Source: an uncultured Spirochaetales bacterium (lineage in GTDB: Bacteria > Spirochaetota > Spirochaetia > JAFGDJ01). Taken from it: a DNA stretch of 64,000 nt. The DNA lies in NCBI GenBank assembly GCA_964410865.1, contig CAYPIQ010000001.1, positions 180,118 through 244,117 of the forward strand, given 5' to 3'. Under the pieces are notes generated by a model, which was not told the DNA's origin, made no database searches, and was given only the letters and a program-made list of their open reading frames with translations. Below are positions 49,784 to 59,773 of the stretch, piece by piece (positions within the stretch are counted from its first letter, which is position 1; each line of letters opens with the position of its first letter). Both the position numbers and the translations under genes were made by a program.

Positions 49784-51016
49784 CTAATGCCGATCGTCGA
49801 CCGGGCAGCGCATCCGGCGAATAAAAACCGTACTACCTAAAGCCAGAAGGGAACCGGTAACAAACACCGGGAAATACCCCAGTACATTAATGAGGGCACC
49901 GCTGATGAGCGGAAACAGCGCAACAGAAAGACTGAGGGTGCCGATGATACCCGAATAAAGGGCTCGATTATCGTCGGTAGATATTTCTATCAATACAGCC
50001 TCGCTGGTGATTTTGTAGGCACTCACGGAAATACCTGAAAACACAAATATTGGCACATACGCCCAGGATGGAAAAAAAGAACTGACAAGTAAGGCGATAC
50101 ATGGCAGCACTGCCGAAAGGTAAGCCCAGAAAAAAAGAATACCCTTAAAACCCCGCTTCTTAACCATCGAAGGCCATACCAGGCTCGAGGAGATAATCAT
50201 ACCGAGGATCTGTAAGAGCAGCAGATTTCCCACGAGGCTACCGGGTATTTCATACTGTTTTCGGGCAAGGGTCAGGTAGAACGGCAACAACACGACACTG
50301 TATCCAAGCATATTGGTGACAATAATGTAATGTGCTAAATTATGATCCGCTGAAAGCATCCCGGGAATAGCCCTTACAGTTTTCATGAACGACACTGATG
50401 AAGCATTGACCTTTGAACTCTCCTCCCGAATAATCCAGAATCCTCCTGATGCCAGAAACAAAACTGCCGCGGCGGCAACAAACAATATAAAATAGTTATC
50501 CGGATATCCGAATCTCGAAAGAATACTTCGGGCAATAATCGCCGAGGTCAACACCCCGATGCTTGAAATCAACTGCTTTCGAAGGAATAATTTTTTTCTC
50601 AATTCGCCGATAAAAGACTTTCCCATGATATCGAGATACGAAATCCCTGCAAAGGCGCCGCTTACCGTAAACAGAAATAGTTCAAGGTAGATAACGGTAA
50701 AAGCCAAGGTATGGGACAGCTGTGTGATATTTACAACCGTAAGAGCGATTAGGGTAAGTGATAAAATCCTCAGGTATATGCCGGTCAGAAGATAGGGTTT
50801 CTTTCTCCGACGCGTATGGAGAAACCCGGCAAAAAATAACTGGGCGGCGAGGGGCACTCCCACCATTATTGCCGTCAGAATGCCGACATGGAACTCGTTT
50901 CCACCGATATTCAGCACCAAGGAAGGGAGTATCGTGTTTATTTCTGTAAAAGTTACAGTAATCGACAGAAATACGGCGTGCCAGAGGAAAGCATAGTAGT
51001 TTCGTCTGCTGTTCAT
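49784..51016 (-). CDS. MFS transporter (12 TM)
   Basis: 410 aa, two 6-TM halves with a central loop; conserved MFS-like G....R motif regions. Confidence 0.75.
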   Translation of the reverse strand: MNSRRNYYAFLWHAVFLSITVTFTEINTILPSLVLNIGGNEFHVGILTAIMVGVPLAAQLFFAGFLHTRRRKKPYLLTGIYLRILSLTLIALTVVNITQLSHTLAFTVIYLELFLFTVSGAFAGISYLDIMGKSFIGELRKKLFLRKQLISSIGVLTSAIIARSILSRFGYPDNYFILFVAAAAVLFLASGGFWIIREESSKVNASSVSFMKTVRAIPGMLSADHNLAHYIIVTNMLGYSVVLLPFYLTLARKQYEIPGSLVGNLLLLQILGMIISSSLVWPSMVKKRGFKGILFFWAYLSAVLPCIALLVSSFFPSWAYVPIFVFSGISVSAYKITSEAVLIEISTDDNRALYSGIIGTLSLSVALFPLISGALINVLGYFPVFVTGSLLALGSTVFIRRMRCPVDDRH

Positions 51017-51028
51017 GGCCGCGTCGGC

Positions 51029-52402
51029 TCAGCCGCGGTCCTCTTTCATCCCCACCCGAGCAGCCAGGAGCACGGGGTCCCACACCGGTGAGAAGGGAGG
51101 AGCATAGGCCAGATCAAGGTTGTACACGTCTTCCAGGGTCATGCCCGCGGCTACGGCCGCCGCAATTGTATCGATGCGTTTCGCCGACGGTCTGCCGCCG
51201 ACGATCTGACCGCCGGTGACAACGGAGGTTTCCGAATCGTAATAGAGTTTCAGGTACATCGGTGATGTCCCCTCGAAATAGCCCGCCAGGTTTTTTGCCT
51301 TTACCATGGACGATTCAATATGCCGAAGGCCGTACCGCTCGATTTCCACCGATCCTATACCCGTTTTGGCGAACTCCAGGTCGAACACCCGGCTTATGGT
51401 GGTACCGAGAATGCCCGGAAAAGCTGAAGGCCTGTCCCCTGAGAGTTCCGCCGCTATGTTCTCACCGCACATTCTGCCCTGGCGGTTGGCACCCAGGGCC
51501 AGGGGCACATATACCTGGGCGTCGAGTACCCGGTTATATACGGTGGCGCAATCCCCGGCTGCATAGATGTTCGGATCGCCGGTCTTCAGAAACTCATCGA
51601 CGAGGATAGCCTTTTTTTCCCCCAGATCAAGACCGGCCTTTTCCGCTATGGCGGAGTTCGGAATGACGCCCGCGCTTACCAGTACCAGGTCGGCTTTCAG
51701 GAGAGTACCGTTGTCCAGCTCTACCGAGTTGACACGGTCATTCCCGGTAAAAGCGGTAATCTTTCTTCCTGTAAGAAGCTCTACCCCGTTTCTCTCCAGC
51801 TCTTCGGCTGCCAGGGAGGACATGTCCTCGTCCAGGAGGGTTAGTATTCGCGGAAGGAGCTCCACAACGGTTACCTCCATCCCCGCTTTTCCGAAAGCCT
51901 CGGCAGTTTCTATGCCGATATAGCCCCCTCCGAGTACAACGGCCCTGGAGGGTTTTTTATCATCGATGTAGTGTTTGACATCCAGGCCGTCCCGGAATTC
52001 CTTGAGAGTAAAAACCCCTTCCAGGTCCATACCGGGAATCGGCGGACGTATAGCCCTGGCACCGGAGGCAATAACGAGCTTCTCGTACTCCTCGTTGAAT
52101 TCTCTACCGGAAGAAAGATCCTTTACCCGAACCTTTTTGGCGTTTCGATCTATCTCCAACACTTCGTGCCGGGTGTGCAGGTCGATTCCCCGTTTTTCAC
52201 GGGCTTTTTCCGGTGTGAGTACGACGAGCCTTTCCGGTGCCGAGACCTCTCCACCGATTAGATAGGGCATACCGCAGGCACCGTAGGAGATATATTCTTC
52301 CTTGCCGTACACGATTACCTGAAGATCCGGCATCTTCCGTTTTAGAGCACTTGCGGCACTCATACCTGCTGCTACTGCTCCTGCTATGACAACTGGTTTC
52401 AT
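51029..52402 (-). CDS. FAD-dependent pyridine nucleotide-disulfide oxidoreductase (CoA-disulfide reductase / NADH oxidase family)
   Basis: 457 aa; N-terminal FAD fold VVIAGAVAAGMSAA, redox Cys in YGACGMPY, second Rossmann VVLGGGYIGIE, C-terminal dimerisation domain. Confidence 0.8.
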   Translation of the reverse strand: MKPVVIAGAVAAGMSAASALKRKMPDLQVIVYGKEEYISYGACGMPYLIGGEVSAPERLVVLTPEKAREKRGIDLHTRHEVLEIDRNAKKVRVKDLSSGREFNEEYEKLVIASGARAIRPPIPGMDLEGVFTLKEFRDGLDVKHYIDDKKPSRAVVLGGGYIGIETAEAFGKAGMEVTVVELLPRILTLLDEDMSSLAAEELERNGVELLTGRKITAFTGNDRVNSVELDNGTLLKADLVLVSAGVIPNSAIAEKAGLDLGEKKAILVDEFLKTGDPNIYAAGDCATVYNRVLDAQVYVPLALGANRQGRMCGENIAAELSGDRPSAFPGILGTTISRVFDLEFAKTGIGSVEIERYGLRHIESSMVKAKNLAGYFEGTSPMYLKLYYDSETSVVTGGQIVGGRPSAKRIDTIAAAVAAGMTLEDVYNLDLAYAPPFSPVWDPVLLAARVGMKEDRG

Positions 52403-52468
52403 TCGTTCACACTCCTGAGGGTTACTTCTTTATATATATTAAATTTTTACTATATGATCAAATTTTTT

Positions 52469-52732
52469 TTACGATGCCGCGGACAGCAGTGCAGTGGCAA
52501 CATCGATCTTGATGAGATATCCCGTCCTCAGGCAGCTTTCGAACAGCTCTTTACTCATGTATTCATCCATGGTTTTACTGTAATCCTCGTATTCACTGGT
52601 AATACGTACATCGTAACCGTCATTGGTTTCCGATACAATTTCGAGATAAGTCTTTACCGGGCTGTTCCCCTTGACGATATACTGGATCATTCCTGCACCT
52701 CTTTTTCTTGTGGTTTCTTTTATCATCGGCAT
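52469..52732 (-). CDS. Hypothetical small protein (87 aa)
   Basis: Compact ORF between the oxidoreductase and phosphohexomutase genes; no motif recognised. Confidence 0.35.
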   Translation of the reverse strand: MPMIKETTRKRGAGMIQYIVKGNSPVKTYLEIVSETNDGYDVRITSEYEDYSKTMDEYMSKELFESCLRTGYLIKIDVATALLSAAS

Positions 52733-52762
52733 TCCGGGGCAGGAGGTTAAGGAGGGGCTTAG

Positions 52763-54502
52763 TCAGGGAATAAGCCGGTGTATGTCCTCCATTATATCTT
52801 CCATGATATGAGAAACCTGGACCAAACCGTCCGTCGGTTCCAGGCCGGGTTCGGTTCTGGAGGAGGCGTAGAATTTAATCTTCGGTTCGGTCCCCGAAGG
52901 TCTGACGGTAACCACCGAATTGTTTTCCAGCACGAACTGCAGTACGTTTGAAGACGGCAGATCTATCCGTGTCGTTTTTTCGGTCGAAAGTTCCTTTGCT
53001 GTGCTCGAAAGATAATCCTTTACAATGGTTATCCTCGAGCCGCCGAAGGTTTTCGGTGTCTCTTCACGCAAGCGAGTCATAAGGGTTCGCATTTCTTCTA
53101 ACCCTCGCTGCCCTTTAAAGGCCCTTGAGATGAGGACCTCTTTAAAACAACCGTGTTTGCGGAAGAGCTCATAGAGATGATCGAGGACGGTTTTCTTCCT
53201 GTCAAGATTCCAGAGGGTCATCTCAGCGGTAAGAACCGCCGCCGAAACGGCGTCTTTGTCTCGGACCTCCGTTTCAACGAGGAATCCGTAACTCTCTTCA
53301 GCCCCGAAGAGGTAGGATATGCCGGTTTTTTCGAATTCTCCCATTTTTTCACCGATGTATTTAAACCCGGTTAATACATCAATGCACTGAGCACCGTAGC
53401 TTTCCGCAATAAGTCGCTGCAGTTCGGTTGTTACAATGCTCTTTACAACCGCGGGCCGATCCGGCATATTCCCTTGTTCTACCCTTGTCCTGAGAATATA
53501 ATCGCAGAGTAGAGCACCAAGCTGGTTACCGTTTATTAAAACAAAATCTTCGCCGTCCGGGACGGCGATCCCTATTCGGTCTGAATCCGGATCCGTTCCT
53601 ATAACAAGATCGGCCCGTTCCTTTCTGCCCAGATCCAGGGCCATCTCCATGGCTGAAGGTTCTTCAGGGTTCGGAGATTTTACCGTCGGGAAATCGCCGT
53701 CGGGTTCCCGTTGTTCCGGTACCGTTATAAGGGGGATGCCAAGGTCTTTAAAAACCCTTTCCACGGGCATGGCACCTGTCCCGTGAAGGGGTGTATAGAC
53801 AATTTTTACCGAAGGTCCCAGGTCTTTTATGATTTCCCGGCGGGTTACATAGCCCTGCACCATCTCGAAATAGGGTTCGTCTATCTCCGTGTCTATTTCA
53901 GAAAGCAGCCCCTTTGCCAGTGCTTCCTTCTTCGACATGGAAGGAATATCGTCGCCGACGTTTCTCACCTCGGAAATAATTCCTTCATCCTGCGGAGGAA
54001 CAATCTGCCCCCCATCGCTCCAGTAGACCTTGTAACCGTTGTATTCCGGCGGGTTATGGCTGGCGGTGATAACGACGCCCGTATCACAGTTCAACTTTCT
54101 TACGGCATAGGATAGAACCGGGGTCGGCCGCAGGGATGTAAAGAGGTAGGTATGTATTCCGAAGCCGCAGAATACCAGGGCGGCCTGTTCGGCAAAGAGT
54201 CTAGAATACCTGCGGGAATCATACGCAATAACGGCGGAAGGTGTATCACCGGCGTTTTTCTTGACGTATCTCGCCAGTCCGGTGGTGGCCTTGCGAACCA
54301 CCAGGGGATTCATGCGGTTTGATCCCCCACCGATGATCCCGCGGAGACCGCCCGTGCCGAAGTCCAGATCGCGGTAAAACCGATCGGACAATTCTTCCCA
54401 GGCTTCTTCACGGACGAGTTCTTCTATTTCCTTTACAAAATCCGGATGCTCTTCCAGACTGCAGTATTCCTTGATCTTTTGTACGATTTCCTGCTTTTCC
54501 AT
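52763..54502 (-). CDS. pgcA: Phosphoglucomutase/phosphomannomutase (alpha-D-phosphohexomutase, PgcA-like)
   Basis: 579 aa; catalytic phosphoserine loop TASHNPPEYNGYKVYW, Mg loop DPDSDR, sugar-binding GEESYG. Confidence 0.9.
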   Translation of the reverse strand: MEKQEIVQKIKEYCSLEEHPDFVKEIEELVREEAWEELSDRFYRDLDFGTGGLRGIIGGGSNRMNPLVVRKATTGLARYVKKNAGDTPSAVIAYDSRRYSRLFAEQAALVFCGFGIHTYLFTSLRPTPVLSYAVRKLNCDTGVVITASHNPPEYNGYKVYWSDGGQIVPPQDEGIISEVRNVGDDIPSMSKKEALAKGLLSEIDTEIDEPYFEMVQGYVTRREIIKDLGPSVKIVYTPLHGTGAMPVERVFKDLGIPLITVPEQREPDGDFPTVKSPNPEEPSAMEMALDLGRKERADLVIGTDPDSDRIGIAVPDGEDFVLINGNQLGALLCDYILRTRVEQGNMPDRPAVVKSIVTTELQRLIAESYGAQCIDVLTGFKYIGEKMGEFEKTGISYLFGAEESYGFLVETEVRDKDAVSAAVLTAEMTLWNLDRKKTVLDHLYELFRKHGCFKEVLISRAFKGQRGLEEMRTLMTRLREETPKTFGGSRITIVKDYLSSTAKELSTEKTTRIDLPSSNVLQFVLENNSVVTVRPSGTEPKIKFYASSRTEPGLEPTDGLVQVSHIMEDIMEDIHRLIP

Positions 54503-55203
54503 TATGCATCTCCTTTACAACCGTTATGTTGTACGTATTCGGCAATATCCACCGGCTTCTGGAATATGACCTTTGCACCCACTTCCAAGAGCACTTCGGG
54601 CTTTCTGAACCCCCAGGCCACACCGGCGGGAAACATACCCGCCGCCCGGGCGGTCATAACATCCACCTCCGAATCCCCCACGAAAAGAACATCCCCGGGA
54701 GAAACCCCCGTGTCCTCGGCCAGGGCGAGGGCGGATGCCGGGTCCGGCTTCAGAGGGAAATCACTGTCCGCACCGTGCACTGCGGCAAACTCGAAACCGG
54801 ATAAAAGTTTCCTGACGACCATGTCCGCCAGAACCTGAGCTTTATTAGATAGAACAATCACCGGTATTCCGGCCGCACGAAGCATACCCAGCATCTCCTG
54901 TACCCCTTCATAGGGCCGGGTCAGATCCACCGGATGTTCGGTATAATACAATACGAGCAGTTCACCCGCCCGCAGAACCGTTTCTTCATCCCGTGCTTGC
55001 TCCGGCAGGGCGTTTCGGGCAGTTATCCCTAGACCATACCCGACAAAATTTTTATAGGCCTCCACAGGGTGTTCGGTAAAACCGAATTCTCTCAGGACCC
55101 TATTCATGGCAAGGGCTATATCGCCGATTGTGTCTACCAGTGTGCCGTCCAGGTCGAAGAAAACCGCTTTTATTTCATTGCTTTTCATTTTTTGTATTAT
55201 CAA
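54502..55203 (-). CDS. HAD-family phosphatase (phosphoglycolate-phosphatase-like)
   Basis: 233 aa; motif I AVFFDLDGTLVDT, motif III/IV (GDSEVDVMTARAAG). Stop overlaps the phosphohexomutase start by 1 nt. Confidence 0.75.
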   Translation of the reverse strand: MIIQKMKSNEIKAVFFDLDGTLVDTIGDIALAMNRVLREFGFTEHPVEAYKNFVGYGLGITARNALPEQARDEETVLRAGELLVLYYTEHPVDLTRPYEGVQEMLGMLRAAGIPVIVLSNKAQVLADMVVRKLLSGFEFAAVHGADSDFPLKPDPASALALAEDTGVSPGDVLFVGDSEVDVMTARAAGMFPAGVAWGFRKPEVLLEVGAKVIFQKPVDIAEYVQHNGCKGDA

Positions 55204-55217
55204 TATACTCTAATACC

Positions 55218-55782
55218 ATGGATTTGAACAATTTTTTTCCCGAAGAACTCCTTAAAGATCCTTCTTTTCCAATTCTATGCCAAAAATACTTCAATATAAA
55301 CCCCGGCCCGGGGGATACACTGGGAAGAACATCTCCCGGAGGAGCTTCGCAGGTGCGTAACGGTAACCAGTCATGACGCCTCCCGCTGGTGTCTATACCA
55401 GGAGTCCGCCTACGACAGGGTACTCCTCGATGCTCCATGCTCGTCGGAACGGCATGTTACCCGTTCACCCGGGACCTTTGCATCATGGAGCCCCGCCCGG
55501 GTGAGACACCTTGCACGACAGGCCTTTTCGATGTTAGCATCAACGGTCAGGGTCGTAAAGCCGGGAGGTATTCTTGTGTATTCAACTTGCTCTCTTACCA
55601 CCCTGGAAAACGATTATACGGTGGAAAGACTACTCCGGCGATATCCGGAGACGGCCGAGTTACTGTCCGTTGCGGCACCCTGGGGACAAAAGACTGCCCT
55701 GGGGTGGATTATTCTCCCCGATACGGCAGGCGGTCGGGGTCCCATCTATGCTGCAAAAATCAGGAGACGCTATGAATACTGA
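55218..55782 (+). pseudogene. Internally deleted RsmB/RsmF-like (NOL1/NOP2/Sun) rRNA m5C methyltransferase remnant
   Basis: Frame from 55300 gives ...YDRVLLDAPCSSERHV...VVKPGGILVYSTCSLTTLENDYTVERLL (motifs IV-VI of Sun-family MTases) but no motif I (AdoMet GxGxG) upstream. A short N-terminal-like ORF (MDLNNFFPEELL..., 55218..55376) is in another frame. Total about 565 nt versus about 1-1.3 kb for intact homologs. Confidence 0.5.
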
Positions 55783-56908
55783 TGTCGCGATTATCCGCTG
55801 CGAAGTCTATGAAAGATCGGAGGTTCTGTCCGCCCTGCGGAACGCCATGGAACTCTGTCCGCCTCCGGATATTCGGGGCAAAAAAGTACTCCTTAAACCC
55901 AATATCCTCAGAGATTCTCCTCCGGAAACGGCAATCACCACCCATCCGGAGTTCGTTCGCGCCGCTGTTCAACTCTTCAGAGAGCTGGGTGCGGAAGTGT
56001 TTGTCGGCGACTCTCCGGGGCTGCATCCGGCGGGTTCTATTAACGATGCCTGCGGAATACGAAGGGCGAGCGAAGCTGCGGGAGCAAAATGGGTGGACTT
56101 TTCCGCTGAACAAATGACCCTCCGAGTACCACAGGCAAAACGTTTGAAAAAATTCACCCTAGCCCGGATTTTCGAACAGGTCGATCTGGTAGTGAGCCTT
56201 CCCAAAATGAAGACCCATACCCTCATGTACTACACCGGCGCCATGAAAAACCTATTCGGATTAATTCCGGGCACCCTGAAGGCTTCCTTTCATGCCCGGT
56301 TTCCGGGAAGGGAAGCCTTTGCCCGTGTAATGATAGACCTGAATTGCGGTATTTCGGCGGGTTACGCTCTGATGGACGGTATCATGGGTATGGAAGGAGC
56401 CGGACCCGGCAAGTCGGGAAAGCCAAGGAGAATAGGCATCGTTATGGCCTCGCGAAATCTCCTGGCCATGGACATTATCGCCTCGGGCATCATGGGCTAT
56501 GAACCCATGGACCTTCCTATGAACCGTGATGCCCTGGAACGGGGTATCTGGCTGACCTCGGTCGATGAGATCGGCATCAAGGGGGTGCCGCCGGAGGAGG
56601 TAAAACCTGCCGGATTTCGGACCGTACCGCAGGCAAAACGACGAAACGCCGTTCTGGAGTACCTCCTTACCAACTTTTCAATGATTCTCCGTTCCCGTCG
56701 ACGACCCATTCCGGAATTTTCCAAAGACATCTGCATTGCCTGCGGTGAATGCATTGAAATCTGCCCGGCCGATGCCCTGAGCTTCTGCGAAAACGGCGTC
56801 TCCAAGTATATCAAGATCGATTCCAGGGCCTGCGTCCGCTGCTACTGTTGTCACGAAATCTGTCCCGTGGGAGCGGTCAGTGTAGAAGAACCTCCTCCCC
56901 GAGGATAA
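55772..56908 (+). CDS. DUF362-domain protein with C-terminal 2x[4Fe-4S] ferredoxin domain
   Basis: Start at internal Met with AGGAG RBS (MNTDVAIIRCEVYERSEV...). C-terminal CIACGECIEICP ... CVRCYCCHEICP cluster motifs. ORF track over-extends to 55574. Confidence 0.7.
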   Translation: MNTDVAIIRCEVYERSEVLSALRNAMELCPPPDIRGKKVLLKPNILRDSPPETAITTHPEFVRAAVQLFRELGAEVFVGDSPGLHPAGSINDACGIRRASEAAGAKWVDFSAEQMTLRVPQAKRLKKFTLARIFEQVDLVVSLPKMKTHTLMYYTGAMKNLFGLIPGTLKASFHARFPGREAFARVMIDLNCGISAGYALMDGIMGMEGAGPGKSGKPRRIGIVMASRNLLAMDIIASGIMGYEPMDLPMNRDALERGIWLTSVDEIGIKGVPPEEVKPAGFRTVPQAKRRNAVLEYLLTNFSMILRSRRRPIPEFSKDICIACGECIEICPADALSFCENGVSKYIKIDSRACVRCYCCHEICPVGAVSVEEPPPRG

Positions 56909-57211
56909 AAAACATCCGGTCGAACCCTTCAGAAACCTTGTAGAGGCCGGAGGAAATATTAATGACATTCATGACTTCACCCTTTATGGTTATGGTTTTT
57001 CCGCAGTACCTCTGGGGATTCTCCCGGATATCGGGGATAGCAGTAACACAGCCTGGAAAACCAGAGCACATATAATAATAAGGATGCCCCGGGGATACCG
57101 TCTTATCATGACAGAATATCTTCTTTCTTTCGAAGTTACTTTAAACCTGCTTGCAAAGTTTACAGATTTGCAGTAACTATAATATTCGAAACATCACCCT
57201 TCCGCAAGGAG

Positions 57212-57733
57212 ATGGATCCACACTTTACTATACGCAAGGAGAATCTTCCGTTCATGGAGCCCCGTGTCCATATCACCACCGCCCTGCTCACCCTTGCTCC
57301 CATATCGGAACTCCGCGGCGCCATCCCTTACGCCCTGGCTTCGGGGCTCCCGGTGGTATTCACCTATATTTACTGTGTAGCCCTGAACGCTCTCCTCGGT
57401 CCCCTGGTCTATATATTCCTGCAGACCCTGCACAGGCTCTTTTACCGTATGGGGTGGTATCGCCGGTTATTCGACCTGGTCGTTGCACGAGCAAGGATCA
57501 AGGTTCATGACAAGGTTGCCCGGTTCGGCTATTGGGGTATTATGCTCTTTGTGGCCGTACCCCTTCCCATCACCGGCGCCTATACTGGTGTCCTGGGAGC
57601 CTGGATCCTGGGAATGGAGAAAAAGAGAATATTCCTGGCCGTTCTCGGCGGCGTTATTATATCCGGGACCATCGTCACCCTTATTTCATATTTCGGCATA
57701 CAGGCCCTGTCCATCTTTATAAAGGCACAATAA
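57212..57733 (+). CDS. Small multidrug-export-like membrane protein (COG2426 / Sm_multidrug_ex family)
   Basis: 173 aa (or about 159 from internal Met), 4 TM, signature APISELRGAIPYA. Confidence 0.6.
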   Translation: MDPHFTIRKENLPFMEPRVHITTALLTLAPISELRGAIPYALASGLPVVFTYIYCVALNALLGPLVYIFLQTLHRLFYRMGWYRRLFDLVVARARIKVHDKVARFGYWGIMLFVAVPLPITGAYTGVLGAWILGMEKKRIFLAVLGGVIISGTIVTLISYFGIQALSIFIKAQ

Positions 57734-57747
57734 ACCGATCCATCATT

Positions 57748-59757
57748 ATGCCCGACACCGCTTTTTTGAATGAACGACAGATCGAAGCCGTCAAAACCAT
57801 CCACGGCCCTCTGCTTATTATCGCGGGAGCCGGTTCCGGAAAAACCCGGACCATCACCTATCGAATTGCGGAAATGCTGAATCTCGGGATAGATCCGCAG
57901 TCCATCCTGGCCCTTACCTTTACAAACAAGGCGGCCAGGGAGATGACCGGCCGTGTGACGGCGTTAACGGGCAAGGCGGCCCGGAAGATCGTGGTGGGTA
58001 CCTTTCATTCCTTCGGGGTACGGATCTTGCGGGAATCAATCGGCGTCCTGGGCTGGAAGCGGAATTTTAGTATCTACGACCAGGCTGACAAGATAAACCT
58101 TTTAAAGGAAGCGGCGCGAAACATCCGGATGAGGGAAACGGTCGATCTGTACTATGCCGGCTCGTTATTCTCGGCGGTTAAAACCGGAAGGTCCCCCCTT
58201 GAAGGGAACGAGGCGGTATTGAAAGATCTTTTCAACGAATACCAGGCCCTGCTCAAGGCCTACAATGCCGTGGATTTCGACGATCTAATCACCCTGTCCA
58301 CCACCGTTTTTTCCCGGGAGGGGGAAATTTTGCAAAAATTCAGGGATCGCTTTCGCTATATCATGGTGGATGAATTCCAGGATACTTCTGCAGCCCAGTA
58401 TGAGCTGCTGCATCTGCTCGGATCCGAACACCGGAATATCTGCGCGGTTGGAGACGACGATCAGTCCATTTATTCCTGGCGGGGAGCGGACTACCGGAAT
58501 ATCCTGTCCTTTGAACGGGATTTCCCCGAGGTAAGGGAGATAAAACTGGAGCAAAATTACCGATCATCCGGTAATATTCTTTCCGCGGCGAACTTTCTCA
58601 TATCCAACAATAAAAACCGAAAAACAAAGAAACTCTGGACCGGGGGTGGTTCGGGCAGGCACATCGAATATTTTCAACCTGAAGACGGTTATGACGAAGC
58701 CGGGTTTATCGCCCGGACTATTCGGGAACTCTCTGCCAAGGAAAATAAGCGTTATCACGATTTCGGCGTCCTTGTCCGCACAAACAGTCTTACATCGGTT
58801 ATCGAAGAAGTCTTCCTGCGGGAGAACATTCCCTATCGGGTTTCAGGCGGAACGAGTTTCTTTCAGCGGAGGGAAGTAAAAGACATCATCGCGTACCTAC
58901 GGCTGCTTCTCAACCCCGACGACGACATCCAGTTCTTCAGGATCATCAATACTCCCCGGCGGGGAATAGGTCGTACTACCCTGGGCCGTATCCGGGAGGT
59001 ATCGGACAAACAAAAAATCGGCATGTTTTCAGCCGCGGAAGCCCTGGTACGTGCCGGAGATTCTCCCCTTTCCGGGCGCATGAAAAAAAGCCTTGAAGAA
59101 TTTATTGAGCTGGTCCACGAGTTCGAAGAGGAAATCGAGAAGAACCGACGCCTTTCCGAAACGGTTCGGCACCTTGTAGATCGTATCGATTACTGGTCCT
59201 ATCTCGTCCAGGATAACCCTACCGGCGGCCGGATAGCCAAGTGGAAGTTCGGCAATGTGGAGCGCTTTGTCGGCATGATCGAATCGTGGGAGAGGGACCC
59301 CGACAATATGGACAAGAACCCCTGGGCCTTTTTAAACCGCATTACCCTGACAACCCGGGACGAAGACAGTGACGAAGAGCAGGGCAAGGTCGGATTAATG
59401 ACCATCCACGCGGCCAAGGGGCTGGAATTCAACACGGTATTCCTGCCCGCTCTGGAGAACGGTATTCTTCCACACCGCCGTTCCATTGAAGAAAACGGGG
59501 ACAATCTGGAGGAAGAACGCCGCCTGTTCTATGTAGCCATAACCCGCGCCAAGGACAGGCTGTACCTTACTTCCTGCAGGAAAAGGAAGATTCTGCGGGA
59601 GGAACTGGAGGCGGAAGTGTCCCCCTTTGTCGATGAGCTTCCGAAGGAACTGCTGCAATACCACACCCCGGAGAAGGCCGCCGGACCTGGAGATGTGGCC
59701 GCCATGTTTGCCGACTTTTATTCCCGGCACGGCTCGAAAAACAACCGGGATACCTGA
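57748..59757 (+). CDS. pcrA: ATP-dependent DNA helicase, UvrD/PcrA family
   Basis: 669 aa from MPDTAFLNERQIEAVK; motif I AGAGSGKTRT, Ia, II (MVDEFQDTS), III-VI (TIHAAKGLEF, VAITRAK). ORF track over-extends to 57532. Confidence 0.9.
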   Translation: MPDTAFLNERQIEAVKTIHGPLLIIAGAGSGKTRTITYRIAEMLNLGIDPQSILALTFTNKAAREMTGRVTALTGKAARKIVVGTFHSFGVRILRESIGVLGWKRNFSIYDQADKINLLKEAARNIRMRETVDLYYAGSLFSAVKTGRSPLEGNEAVLKDLFNEYQALLKAYNAVDFDDLITLSTTVFSREGEILQKFRDRFRYIMVDEFQDTSAAQYELLHLLGSEHRNICAVGDDDQSIYSWRGADYRNILSFERDFPEVREIKLEQNYRSSGNILSAANFLISNNKNRKTKKLWTGGGSGRHIEYFQPEDGYDEAGFIARTIRELSAKENKRYHDFGVLVRTNSLTSVIEEVFLRENIPYRVSGGTSFFQRREVKDIIAYLRLLLNPDDDIQFFRIINTPRRGIGRTTLGRIREVSDKQKIGMFSAAEALVRAGDSPLSGRMKKSLEEFIELVHEFEEEIEKNRRLSETVRHLVDRIDYWSYLVQDNPTGGRIAKWKFGNVERFVGMIESWERDPDNMDKNPWAFLNRITLTTRDEDSDEEQGKVGLMTIHAAKGLEFNTVFLPALENGILPHRRSIEENGDNLEEERRLFYVAITRAKDRLYLTSCRKRKILREELEAEVSPFVDELPKELLQYHTPEKAAGPGDVAAMFADFYSRHGSKNNRDT

Positions 59758-59773
59758 TCCCGGTGTTGTAAGA

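Noticed and set aside
56909-57211. Promoter call upstream of the small-multidrug-export-like gene (TTGCAA / TTTACA with TATAAT-like hexamers)
   Set aside because: No hexamer combination gives a 16-18-nt spacer. The repeated TTGCA motifs are noted but could not be turned into a supportable -35/-10 pair.
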